NCBI RefSeq assembly: GCF_006345805.1
Contig: NC_042999.1
Location: 150,598,001 to 150,662,000 of the forward strand
Source of the DNA: Octopus sinensis
Lineage: Eukaryota
Direction: 5' to 3'
Length of the DNA: 64,000 bases
A program made the translations under genes and the position numbers. The notes beneath the pieces were generated by a model. It made no database searches, was not told the DNA's origin, and saw nothing but the letters and a program-made list of their open reading frames with translations. Shown piece by piece: positions 52,068 through 63,355 of this stretch; within the stretch, counting starts at the first letter, position 1; each line of letters starts with the position of its first letter.

Positions 52068-52131
52068 GTTACATATCACATGTGATTTCGCATTTAATGC
52101 AGAATATGCATTTCATGTTCGTCAGTGCAAC
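52068..52131 (-). ncRNA. Type I hammerhead ribozyme motif (G10.1A)
   Basis: gttgca-CTGACGA-acatgaaatgc-atattct-gcattaaatgc-GAAA-tcacatgtga-TA-tgtaac. Helix I is 6 bp and helix III is the palindrome ATCACATGTGAT. Confidence 0.72.
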
Positions 52132-52276
52132 AAACTCAAGAGATATAAGAAAAAACATAACATTACAAACTCGATAGCCAACCGTAGAATTCATCGTAGC
52201 ATGTACGAATGTTTATCCTTACATATCTATGAAAATGGCGGGCTTTTTCGCAATGCATTTCGGTATCAAATTGCCT

Positions 52277-52322
<46 letters not shown>

Positions 52323-52431
52323 ATATTTATCATTGTTTGATTTCACTTTTTCAATATCAGCGACAGTGGGCGCTGGAAAAAGTATAAGTATTTGTGAAGG
52401 AAATCTAATTCTCGGCGACAACTATGATTGT

Positions 52432-52476
52432 CACACGCTGACGAGAGGTCAATACCTCGAAACTCGAGTCTTTGTG
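52432..52476 (+). ncRNA. Type I minimal hammerhead ribozyme, copy 1
   Basis: cacacg-CTGACGA-gagg-tcaata-cctc-GAAA-ctcgag-TC-tttgtg. Predicted GUC cleavage after 52470. Helix I has one wobble and one mismatch. Confidence 0.88.
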
Positions 52477-52784
52477 TATCATAAGTTGAAGACGGGAAGG
52501 ATGACTTCCCTTTGCAAATACTGACAGGACACAGATAGTGTGTCTATGGCCAGCTGGAGGAGTGTGTCCTCCTGGGGCTAAAAACTACAGTAGCATCCAC
52601 CCTTAGGGGTTAGCCATATTGAAATGGCAAAAATACGTCACGATGTGTTACCGCTACTGTATATAACTCACTTTGATATTTATCATTGTTTGATTTCACT
52701 TTTTCAATATCAGCGACAGTGGGCGCTGGAAAAAGTATAAGTATTTGTGAAGGAAATCTAATTCTCGGCGACAACTATGATTGT

Positions 52785-52829
52785 CACACGCTGACGAGAG
52801 GTCAATACCTCGAAACTCGAGTCCGTGTG
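52785..52829 (+). ncRNA. Type I minimal hammerhead ribozyme, copy 2 (fully canonical)
   Basis: cacacg-CTGACGA-gagg-tcaata-cctc-GAAA-ctcgag-TC-cgtgtg. Perfect 6-bp helix I, G10.1-C11.1, palindromic ACTCGAGT helix III and GUC site after 52823. Confidence 0.93.
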
Positions 52830-52990
52830 TATCATAAGTTGAAGACGGGAAGGATGACTTCCCTTTGCAAATACTGACAGGACACAGATAGTGTGTCTAT
52901 GGCCAGCTGGAGGAGTGTGTCCTCCTGGGGCTAAAAACTACAGTAGCATCCACCCTTAGGGGTTAGCCATATTGAAATGGCAAAAATACG

Positions 52991-53073
<83 letters not shown>

Positions 53074-54053
53074 ATATATATCTATCTATCTGCGTGTGTG
53101 TATGTATGTATGTACGTATGTATGTATGTACGTGTGTGTGTGTGTATGTGTGTGTGCGAGGCTTTGTACCTGTGTCTGTCCCCGTAAATTAGCGTTTCGG
53201 TAAAAAGACCGATAGAATAAGTACCAGATTAAACAAAAAAAAGGATTGGGGTAGATTCATTTGAGTAGAAATTCTTCAGGGCGATGCCTCGGCAAGGCCG
53301 CTGTCTAATGACTGAAACTGGTAAAAGATAGAATCCATGAAGATCGTCTTCATCTTTTTGTCTCTTCAAAGTCAATAATCTAGCAGTTATATATTCTGTT
53401 CTACTCTAGGCACAATGTCCGAAATTTTGGAGGAGGGGGGCAGTCGATTAGATCAACCCCAGTGTGCAACTGGTACTTATTTAATCGACCTCGAAAGGAT
53501 GAAAGGCAAAATCGACCTCGGCGGAATTTGAACTCAGAACGTATGTGTGTGTGCGCTCGCGCGTGTGTGTTTGTGTTTGCTCCCATCACTGCTTGACAAC
53601 CGGTGCTGGTGCATTCACTTTCTCGTGACTTAGCGGTTCGACAAAAGTCAGAGATAGAATAAATACCAGGCTTAAAAAGAAAAAGTACTGGGGTTGATTC
53701 ATTCGATTAAAACCCTTCAAGACGGTGTCCCTGTATGATCGCAGTCTAATCACTGAAACAAGTAAAAAATTTTAGATAACAGAAACTAAAAAAAAAAGAA
53801 AAAGAAAAGGAAAAATGGCAATGGACTGGGTAGAATCGTCAGGGCGTTTGGAACGAATGTAAAACAAAGTACCAGTCAAATACTGAGATCGATGGTATCA
53901 ACCGATTCTCTGCCTGAAATTTCACATCCTCTTCATGCACCAGAAACATTATTATTGGTAGAAGCGTTAGCGCGCCGGACAAAATGCTAAGCGGTATCTC
54001 TTCCAGCTCTTTACGTTGTTAGATGAATTCACCTTTGGCTTTTCTTCTTTCAA

Positions 54054-54118
<65 letters not shown>

Positions 54119-54133
54119 TAATAATAATAATAA
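54054..54133. repeat. (TAA)n microsatellite
   Basis: Read directly from the sequence. Confidence 0.95.
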
Positions 54134-54628
54134 GTCATCATGTACATTGTTTTGTCTTGGTATAAAAGATGGGCTACAGCAAATATTCTGCTCAATACCA
54201 CAGATTTGCTTGTCAGTTGTTTGACCTTAACCAGTTGAGCATGTCCCTTAGTGGCTGACAATACGTGCATCTCTGATCACGAGCAAAAGTAGTGGGGAAG
54301 CATCATAGCCATGTGTTGAGAGGGATTCTTTAGAGTTTGAATAATTCACCTCTGGAAACATGGGTGTTTCGTTCAACATCCTAAAGCAACCCTTATTCAG
54401 GGACCTTTTGAGCAGGATGGGCTACTCGACCTGAAGAAAATTCTAACTGGGCCCCACCTGCAAGGTCATGTGCTGTTTATCTTGATATGAGATCACCATG
54501 TCGCGCACATATGGTTGTGATGCATGTGTCTGGTGTACCCTTATCAGACGGGTAGTCATGATGGGTATGCTGGGCTTCGTATATTTTACCCCAGTGTTAC
54601 TGTGATGGCATGCACTGCTCTCTCACTC
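54134..54628. mobile_element. 495-bp non-coding interspersed-type element bounded by (TAA)n
   Basis: Moderately GC-rich island with (TAA)n on both sides and no long ORF. Identity not established. Confidence 0.45.
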
Positions 54629-54640
54629 AATAATAATAAT

Positions 54641-55597
54641 AGAGCAATTGGCTGATAGGTGGGAGGAGAAACCTCTGCACGGCAAATATGTGACCCGCAG
54701 CAAGCAAGCTGATGTTGACCAGAAGCAAACCCATCAGTGGCTACGGAGCTCAGGGCTAAAAGCAGAGAGCGAAGGTTTCATCCTGGCTGCTCAAGATCAA
54801 AGTCTATTAACCCGGAACTACCAGGCCAATGTGATGAAAAATGGAGCAGACCCAAAATGCCGATTCTGCAACGACATGATTGAAACAGTGGACCACCTAA
54901 TCTCTGGATGTAAAGTCTTAGCACCAGTGGAGTATAAATTAAGACATGACAGAGTTGGCCAATATCTCCACTGGCTAATAAGTCGGCATTACAATATCAA
55001 AACTGCCGACAAGTGGTATAATCACCACCCTGAGGCTGTAACTGAAGGAGAAAATGTAACCATTCTGTGGGACTTTCCAGTACATACAGACCGAACCATC
55101 AAAGCCAATAAACCAGATATTGTTGTGAAGGACAAAAACAATAAAGTTTGCTTATTGAACGACATGAGCATCCCCTGTGAACATAATATCTCGGCGAAAG
55201 AGTTTGACAAGCTCAGAAAATATAAAGACCTGCTCATTGAAATTGAGAAAATGTGGCATCTCAAGGCGGTTACAATACCAGTGATCGTAGGAGCACTAGG
55301 AATGATCAAGGAGGGAACCGAAAATTATATGAGAATGATCCCTGGCTTACCATCCCTGCAAGAAGTGCAAAAGATTGTCTTAACTGGTACATCACACGTA
55401 TTGAGAAGAGCATTGTCGATGTGAGAACTGTTGCTGCTCATGTATTTTAATTTAACTTAAAAAAAAAAAAAAAAAATGAACGAACTACTGAGTTTGGTTT
55501 AATGGCCTACCAATATATACTATGAGTTTCTTTGCCCTAGGAGTCGGGAAGACACTCGGCAAGAAATGGAAGCAAATTTGAAAGAAGAAAAAAAAAG
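54641..55597 (+). mobile_element. 5'-truncated R4/Dong-like non-LTR retrotransposon (RLE type)
   Basis: ORF 54648-55424 is intact to the stop: AAQDQSL.TR, CCHC knuckle CRFC...ETVDHLISGC, RHD, and RLE motif KPDIVV...D(N)MSIP...K..KY. The 3' UTR ends A-rich, with (TAA)4 before and (TAA)7 after. Confidence 0.92.
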
Positions 55598-55739
55598 TAA
55601 TAATAATAATAATAATAAAACAGTACCAATCCAGTACAGGCACTGACGGTTTCGCACCCCCACCCCCACCACTACCACTTACATTTTATCGCGACTTCTT
55701 ATGCTTGAAGCTGTAATTATGATCGATAGCGATACTTTC

Positions 55740-55948
55740 TTTCATAGACACAAAGCGTGAAGTTTTGGGAAAGGGCGATGGTCGATTTTGTCGGCTCCAG
55801 TACATGACTGATACTCATTTTAACGACCCCATGAGAATGAAAGGCAATGTCGACCTCGGCAGAATTTGAACTCGCATCGTAGAGACGGGCGAAATGCCGC
55901 TAAGCATTTTGTCAGGCGCGATAACGATTTTGCCAGCTCGACGCCTTA
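55740..55948 (-). mobile_element. SINE family A copy
   Basis: Reverse-complement match. Confidence 0.75.
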
Positions 55949-56372
55949 GACAGATAATAATAATTTCTTTCAGAGGTAATAGGACTGTTTAATTTCTCTT
56001 TTGAAACAGACCCAAGTGGTTTTCATTTGTTGCGTATGTTCCGTTTTACAAGTTGACAAACTGAGCAGTCTGGTTTACCGTTTTTGTGGAAATTGGTATC
56101 CTGGTTGCCCAGATTTAAACGAGCATGCTTTCCACTATTCACAATGTATAGTGGTTCCCGGCAAACCGGATCTCAAATACACTCCCCCAGTGTATCACGA
56201 CTGTAACAAGGCAAAGAGTATAAAAATACCTGTTATGTTTTGTGACACACACAGCCCAGAGATCATTGTTCAGAAAACGCCCTTTCTTTTATGCACTTAC
56301 ATTTCGAGAACTTTTTTTCACCGAATTCAACAATTGTTTCAGGACCACCTATCTTTATTTGATAGTGGTCAA

Positions 56373-56810
56373 AGGGCAAGAAGCTGGCAGAATCGTTACC
56401 TCACCGGTAAAAATTCTTAACAGCGTTTCTTCCGATGTTACCTTCTGATTTTAAATGCCGCCAGAGTCAACTTTGCCGTTCGTCCTTTCGGGGTCAATAA
56501 AATAAGAACCAGATGAACACTGGCTTCGATGTAATCCACTTATCCCTTCTCTGAACTTGCTGGCCTTGAGCCAAAAATTGAAACCATTATTAAAAAGGGC
56601 GTTAGGGTGGCAAGCTGGGCAAAGTCGTTACCATGCCAGATGAAATGCTTAGCGACATTTTTTCTGACTTTATGTTGTTCTGAGTTGAAATTCCGCCGGG
56701 GTTGACTTTGTCCTTCATCCTTCCTTTCGGGGTCGATAAATTAAGTACCGGTTACGAACTGGGGGCGATGTCATCGACTGGTTACCTCCCCCACAAATTT
56801 CAGGCCTTGT
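56373..56810 (+). mobile_element. Two tandem SINE family A copies
   Basis: Two successive gctgg(c/g)ca...gttacc...aaat(g/t)ccgcc...ggggtc(a/g)ataaa blocks. Confidence 0.75.
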
Positions 56811-57137
56811 GGCTATAGCAGAAATGATTATTATTATTATTAGCAGCAGCAACAGTAGCATCATCATCATCTTCATCATCATCATCAGCAGCAGCAGTAG
56901 TAGTAGTAGTAGTAGTAGTAAATTCAGTCTGGTTTGTACTTTCAAGCTGAAGCCAATCGCGAGTGACTTTCCGACAGTGAATTCCCATCCAGCATTAATA
57001 CCAGTAAAATACTGTTGACGATTTAAGCAACTCCTCCCATCCAAAACGTTCAGTCTTTGCTCTCGTTTTCGTGTATGCTCTTGCACCACTTACTCCATTC
57101 TGTTCCAGTAAATAATATTTATGAGTAGCGTGCAGCA

Positions 57138-57210
57138 GCCCGGCTAGCTCAGTCGGTAGAGCACGAGACTCTTAATCTCGGGGTCGTGGGTTCGAGCCCC
57201 ACGTTGGGCG
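57138..57210 (+). tRNA. tRNA-Lys-CTT: tRNA-Lys(CUU)
   Basis: Identical to the consensus; long T run downstream. Confidence 0.97.
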
Positions 57211-57445
57211 ATCATTGTTTTTTTTTGTTTTTTAATAGCTCGGAAAAGAGCAATTGAAGGTTATAATGGATACAGATCGTGTATCAATAGCTATCTTGAT
57301 GGCGGTGGCCTCATGGAGCTGACCAGCGGCAGCGATTATTCTTATATCTATAAGAATGCCATATTAATATGGCGATAACAATTAATTTCCAGTAAACGCT
57401 GCCGTAATCTCTTTTATAGAGACTTAGTAATTTTAATATTTCCAT

Positions 57446-57476
<31 letters not shown>

Positions 57477-57704
57477 TTAAACGAGAGCATTTTTTTTCAG
57501 TTTCCGTCTAACAAATTTACTCAAAGGATTTGGTGGGCACGAGGCTATAGTAGAAGTCACTTGACCAAAGATCAACATGATCAGTAGTTTTCACCTTGAA
57601 GGAACAAAAAGATAAAGAGAATTTTCGCGAATTTGAACTCGAAAAACGAAATTAAATGCATCAATCTATTGCCCTTCGCATGTAATACCTCTACGGAAAG
57701 TCTC

Positions 57705-58190
57705 ACAGAACAGTGAGTGCCGCAGCGTCGTTTATTACTTCGTTTTATCGGGGCCCAGGTGCTTTCTAATTTTTGGTGTGGGTACCATCTTTCCAGTTAA
57801 TAAACACAACGCTGTGGTTTACTGTTCTATGGTGGAAATTATAACCATCAATTTCAGGAGTAAGTGAGTAGGTCCTCCCCAAATCACTGAAAATTGTGGT
57901 TCCTGGAAGAATCGACTGCCGTATGCATCCCTCCACTGTGTCGCGTCCAACATGGCACCGCTTAAAAACAAATATATCTGTGCTCGCGACATACTCCTTC
58001 CAGGACCCATTGCTCAGGCAGCATTCCTCCTCGGATATATTTACGTCTTGAGAAGATTGTTTCGTCTCCCTCAACAATCTTCTCATGGGTTGCGGGGCAG
58101 GATCTAAGTACATATTTCACGAACATAGCTGTTGTAATCAACTGTCATGCAGAGAGAAGCAGACTACACCTTGGCTTGTAACTATGGAAA
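57705..58190 (-). mobile_element. Merlin-like transposase fragment (paralog of 46220-46700)
   Basis: ORF 57766-58113 is nearly identical to 46280-46627. Confidence 0.88.
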
Positions 58191-58276
58191 CAGACATCAA
58201 CATGTCTGTGGCTTTCGATTGGCTATGGTTACCAAACATTTCAAATTTCTATTTATAAATTTATGGCAGAAGTCAC

Positions 58277-58554
58277 TGTGGGAATGAAGTGGGCCATGAC
58301 GTCAATGGTCAAGGGACTGACTGGAAGAGGAAGCGTGAGAAGGGAAGTGCGGGGGACACAGGACAGGATCGGCCACTTTTGACTGGCCGAGACATCGTGA
58401 ATGGACGTCAGGGGATTCGCTCCCGGGTTGGTCAGATAGCAGCTGCTTATACTGGGTGATAGGGTAGGGTTGGATCGTTGGAGTGACTACTACTAGACAG
58501 GCGCAGACGTGAGAGGAAGGTAGGTGAACCTCTTTTCATTTCCCACTCACGACA
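58277..58554. mobile_element. Solo LTR (paralog of 46808-47085)
   Basis: TG...CA, 278 bp, perfect TSD gtcac at 58272-58276 and 58555-58559. Confidence 0.72.
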
Positions 58555-59234
58555 GTCACTGAAAACTGTGATTCCTGGGAGAAACGACTAACATATGCAT
58601 TTCTCCAATGTGTCGCGATTCCGACATGGCACCGTTTAAAGACAAATATGTCTGGTCTCGCTCCACACTCCTCCGAGAACCCATTGCTCTCTTAGCTTCC
58701 CTCCTTGGCCATATTTACGCCTTGAGAAGATTGTTTCGTCTCTCTCAACAATCTTCTCACGACCGCCAATCTGAATGGGTTGTGGGGCAGGTTCTAAGCA
58801 CATATTTCACGATCATAGCTGTTGAAATCAACATCCGTGCAATGACAAGCAGACTGCACCTCGGCTTGCTACTACAGAAAAAAGCACCAATTTCAACGTT
58901 TAAAAGCTTATAACTATTAACTTTTTGTTTATTACTTCATGGCAAAAGTGAACCTCATTTCCATAATTAGCATCGAAAACTATACTAATACAGAAAATTT
59001 GAAATCAATTGAAACAAAATTGAAGGAACTGAAAAAGATTCGCATTCAATATTATAAATATGCAGCGGATTATTTTGATTATAATAGAGGTAACAAGTTG
59101 GCAAAATCGTTAACACGCCGGTCAAAATGCTTAGCGGCATTTCGTCGGTCTTTACGTTCTGAGTTCAAATTCCGATGAGGTTGACTTTGCGTTTCATCCT
59201 TTTGCAGTTGATAAAATATATATTTTAACTACGG

Positions 59235-59640
59235 AGCCTAAAGTGAAAAAACGTGGTCGACCTAACTGTGGTACATGCCCCCACCTTTTGGAGGGTTCAG
59301 AATTCCACTTTAAACAAGGTGAAATATTTAACATTAAATCAAATTTCACCCGTGCCTCGGAAAATCTAATCTATACCATTATATGCTTAAGGTGCGGTAA
59401 TCAGTATATTAGCTAAACAGGAATATCACTCCGTCGAAGAACCACTCCCCATAAAGAACAAATCCATCACCTACAATACAGACACAAACAGGTCACTTTC
59501 CACATAGAAAGCTGTGCTAGGAACCTTAATCTTAATTTCCTAATTATCCCCTTCTATCAATGTTCACAGAACACCTCAGTACAGCAAAAAATGAATAAAG
59601 AGGCAACTTTCATCAATAAAAATAATAAGTGGAAATTTTA
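59235..59640 (+). mobile_element. Penelope-like GIY-YIG fragment (paralog of 47765-48178), with extra stops
   Basis: Aligns to the first copy; cagtatattagctaa introduces a stop. Confidence 0.78.
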
Positions 59641-60049
59641 CCGGTGAGTGTGTTAAATTATAAGGCACAAAATGAAATGACTCTCCCCAGACACAACAGA
59701 ATCTACTTCAACACACGAACTCATTTAAAGAATCTTGCAAACCTAATCCCAAAACGAAATATATGTGTGTGTGTGTGTCTTTGCGTATATGTTTTGTACA
59801 CCATCACCGCTCGACAACCGGTACTGGTGTGTTTACGTCCTCGTAACTTAACAGTTCGTCAATAAGACACCGATAGAATAATTAAAGAAAAATTACTGGC
59901 GTCGGTACGTTCGACTAAAATCCTTCAAGGCGGTGCCCCAGTATGGCCATAGTCTAACAACTGAAACAAGTGAAGGTTAAAGATAATATCCACTTCCAGT
60001 TCTAAGACATGGTAATAAAGTCAATTATTATTTAACAATGCAGCATGCA

Positions 60050-60122
60050 GCCCGGCTAGCTCAGTCGGTAGAGCACGAGACTCTTAATCTCGGGGTCGTG
60101 GGTTCGAGCCCCACGTTGGGCG
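60050..60122 (+). tRNA. tRNA-Lys-CTT: tRNA-Lys(CUU)
   Basis: Identical to the consensus; paralog of 48582. Confidence 0.97.
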
Positions 60123-60879
60123 GAATACATTTTTTTCTTTTAAGGAGAATTTGATAGTGTTATAAATTATATATTATTTAATAATGATAATCATATATTA
60201 TTTAATAATTACGTCATATGTAAACAAACATAAGTTTGTTTTTGAAGCGTTGAAATGTAATGATAGAATACCATGTATAGGATAAAATCCTTATGCTGTT
60301 CTATCAGTTTTTACGCGTTGAAAAATATAACTCTCTATTTGTTAGTTAATAATTATTTTAAAACTAGCTTTAATAATTATTTTGTAATTAGTTATTATTA
60401 ATCTTTAATAAAAATATGAAATTGGCTACTCAGTTCGTTTAATTTACTGGGTAATCATGAATAACGTTATTGTTATTCAGGCAACCTCATTACGGGAATC
60501 CTTCAAACGGAGGATTATCACTATTTCCATCAATTCATGTAGCCATAAGCTTCCTTCGAACATTTATGATGGATAAAATTGATACTAGGATCCATTTAGT
60601 TGACTGCTTCCTTTCCCCAGAAGTCAGATCTTGTGTCTAAGTTAGAAATGGAAAAAAAATTGAAGTTGGTGCCCTGGCAGAAGTGTTACAGACTCGGGAA
60701 ATGCAGTTCGCTATTTCTTGGTGATCTTTATATTCTCAGTTCAATTCCCGCCGAAAACAACTTTATGGGTTTGGTAAAATAAAGTAACCAGTAGGCGTAG
60801 GCGTAGGAGTAGTTGTGTGGTCCTCTATATAACGCCTTAATGGCGAATTTTCATGAAATAAAGTAGCTTGCTTACTTAC

Positions 60880-61090
60880 CGGCGAGCTGGCAGAACCGTT
60901 AGCACGCCGGGCGAAATGCCTAGCGATATTTCGTCTGCCTCTACGTTCTGAGTTCAAATTCTGCCGAGGCCGACTTTACCTTTCATCCTTTCGGGGTCGA
61001 TTAAATAGGTACCAGTTACGCATTGGGGTCGATATAATTGACTTAATCCGTTTGTCTATCCTTGTTTCTCCTCTCTGTGTTTAGCCCCTT
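60880..61090 (+). mobile_element. SINE family A inserted into SINE family B
   Basis: TSD aagtagcttgcttac at ~60860-60874 and 61093-61107; empty site at ~49358-49374. Confidence 0.88.
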
Positions 61091-61871
61091 GTGGGTAGTA
61101 AAGAAATAGGTAAGTAGCTTGCTTACCAACCACATGGTTCCGGGTTCAGTCCCACTGCGTGGCACCTTGGGCAAGTGTCTTCTACTATAGCCTCGGGCTG
61201 ACCAGAGCCTTGTGAGTGGATTTGGTAGACGAAAGTGAAAGAAGCCCGTCGTATATATGTATATATGTATATGTATGTGTGTGTGTGTATATGTTTGTGT
61301 GTCTGTGTTTGTCCCCCCAACATCACTTGACAACCGATGCTGGTGTGTTTACGTCCCCGTAACTTAGCGGTTCGGTAAAAGAATCCGATAGAATAAGTAC
61401 TAGGCTTAGAAAGTATAAGTCCTGGGGTCAATTTGCTCGACTAAAGGCGGTGCTCCAGCTTGGCCACAGTCGAATGACTGAAAGAGTGAATTACTGTCGT
61501 CGAAGATATCAGCCAATCCATCCTCGAAATTTCAAGCCTTGTACCCAGAGGATGAGAGAAGCAAGAATCAATAGAATACTGGACAAAATATTTAGTTTTA
61601 TTTTATGTTCTGAGTTGAAATTCCGTCGATGCCGACTTTACATCTCGCCTTTTGGTAGTTGATATAACGAAATACGAAAATTTCCAGGAAATCTTTCACT
61701 TTGAATCTCAGACTTCTCCCTTTTCCGTGAGCACGTGTTGGCTTGTCATCTGTAAACGCTCGCACACACACACACACACACAAGAGCAAGCACACACACT
61801 GACACACAAGAACAAGCGCGCACACACACTCATAAGAACAAGCACACACGCACACACACACACACATACAT

Positions 61872-61902
<31 letters not shown>

Positions 61903-62345
61903 TGTTTACAGTTGACAAGAAAATCACGTGCTCTCAAATAATGTTTTCTGATTGGATAAAAAGTTTTCACTGAGATTAACGAAGATCGTGACAAGTCTGG
62001 GGTTCTAAACGAAGATGGCCAAATAAATAAATAAACAGAACAGAATAAAAAAATACCTTATTAAAATCATAATCTTACAGAAATAACTGTTTGTGTTCAA
62101 GATGAATCTTGTTAAGGAGGTCAAGTTATACAACTTCGAAATCTAATCTAATTTGCATCCTCATACTCTCATTAATAAATTGAAAAATACCTCTGATTGG
62201 AAAAATCGAAGATGAAATGTAATCATCAGAGCGTTTAGTAAAATAACCGCCGTCATTATTAACAGCACAGCTAATCTAGTGAGCGCTTCAGTTCTATGAC
62301 CTTGTGATAAAGAAAGTGATTATCATAGGATAACAGAACAGATCA

Positions 62346-62418
62346 GCCCGGCTAGCTCAGTCGGTAGAGCACGAGACTCTTAATCTCGGGGTCGTGGGTT
62401 CGAGCCCCACGTTGGGCG
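62346..62418 (+). tRNA. tRNA-Lys-CTT: tRNA-Lys(CUU)
   Basis: Identical to the consensus; paralog of 50604. Confidence 0.97.
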
Positions 62419-63046
62419 AATTAATTTTTCTTTGTTATTTTTAGTATATTCTGTTTTCCGATGGGTGTTCAGAGAGTAAGTCTATAGCATCCCCTTTATA
62501 TCAAATTTCTCCGCCAATCTTCAGCACAAATCAAGGAGTGAGATTAATATTTTCGACTAACCCTCACGCGGTGCTTCTGCCCATGCTAGAAATATTGTTA
62601 ATTATTATAAATATGAACCGGGATTCTATTATCATAAATAAAATTGGCGGTGAAATGACAGAATCGTTAGCATTCCGGCCAAAATGCATAGCGGCATTTC
62701 GTCCGTCTTTACGTTCTGAGTTCAAGTTCTGCCGAGGTCCACTTTGCCTATTATTCTTCCAGGTCCGATAAAATACGTACCAGTTGAGCACTGAAGTCGC
62801 TCCCCATCCCCTACAAATTTTATATCTTGTATATATACAAAGGATATAATCAAATATATGCACCCACTGTCAATTTTGTTAATCTACAATAAGTTGGTAA
62901 TTATTATTGTTCTATTTCGGGATGGTCAGCTTTATTTATTTATTTATTTATTTTGTGTGTGTGCCACATTAACACACGCGCTATATATTTGTTCTTCACT
63001 CGTTTATTATAGTTCTTTTTTTTTTTTAATTTTAACTTATGACCAT

Positions 63047-63092
63047 TGTCCGGAAATCTTTTGTCACATATCTGTGACCTCTTCAGCGACAC
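63047..63092 (-). ncRNA. Decayed hammerhead-like motif
   Basis: gtgtcg-CTGAAGA-g-gtcac-agatat-gtgac-AAAA-gatt-TC-cggaca. The CGAAA junction is mutated. Confidence 0.4.
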
Positions 63093-63170
63093 TTTTCGTT
63101 CTCGTGTATGTTCTTGCTCCACTTACTCCATTCTTTTCTTCTAGTAATTTTTTATACCTAGTGGGCAGCA

Positions 63171-63243
63171 GCCTGGCTAGCTCAGTCGGTAGAGCACGAG
63201 ACTCTTAATCTCGGGGTCGTGGGTTCGAGCCCCACGTTGGGCG
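63171..63243 (+). tRNA. tRNA-Lys-CTT: tRNA-Lys(CUU), C4U variant
   Basis: U4-G69 wobble replaces C4-G69; T7 terminator. Confidence 0.95.
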
Positions 63244-63355
63244 ATCGAGTTTTTTTATAAACATAAATAGCGCTGGGCAAGCTTTCGTTTAGTTAAAAGA
63301 TTACGTTTCTATTACGCTAGGTGTCTGTATTGGTTTCATTTCAAGGATAATCGTT

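Larger units (their letters stand above)
52319..52994 (+). mobile_element. Head-to-tail dimer of a 353-bp hammerhead-bearing element (retrozyme / mini-Penelope pLTR-like) in (TA)n
   Basis: 52319-52641 and 52672-52994 differ at only 2 nt, with a 30-nt spacer and (TA)n on both sides. Confidence 0.85.

Noticed and set aside
52333-52524. 63-aa ORF repeated at 52686-52877
   Set aside because: It starts at TTG, has no recognisable domain, and overlaps the hammerhead. The repetition reflects the tandem unit.
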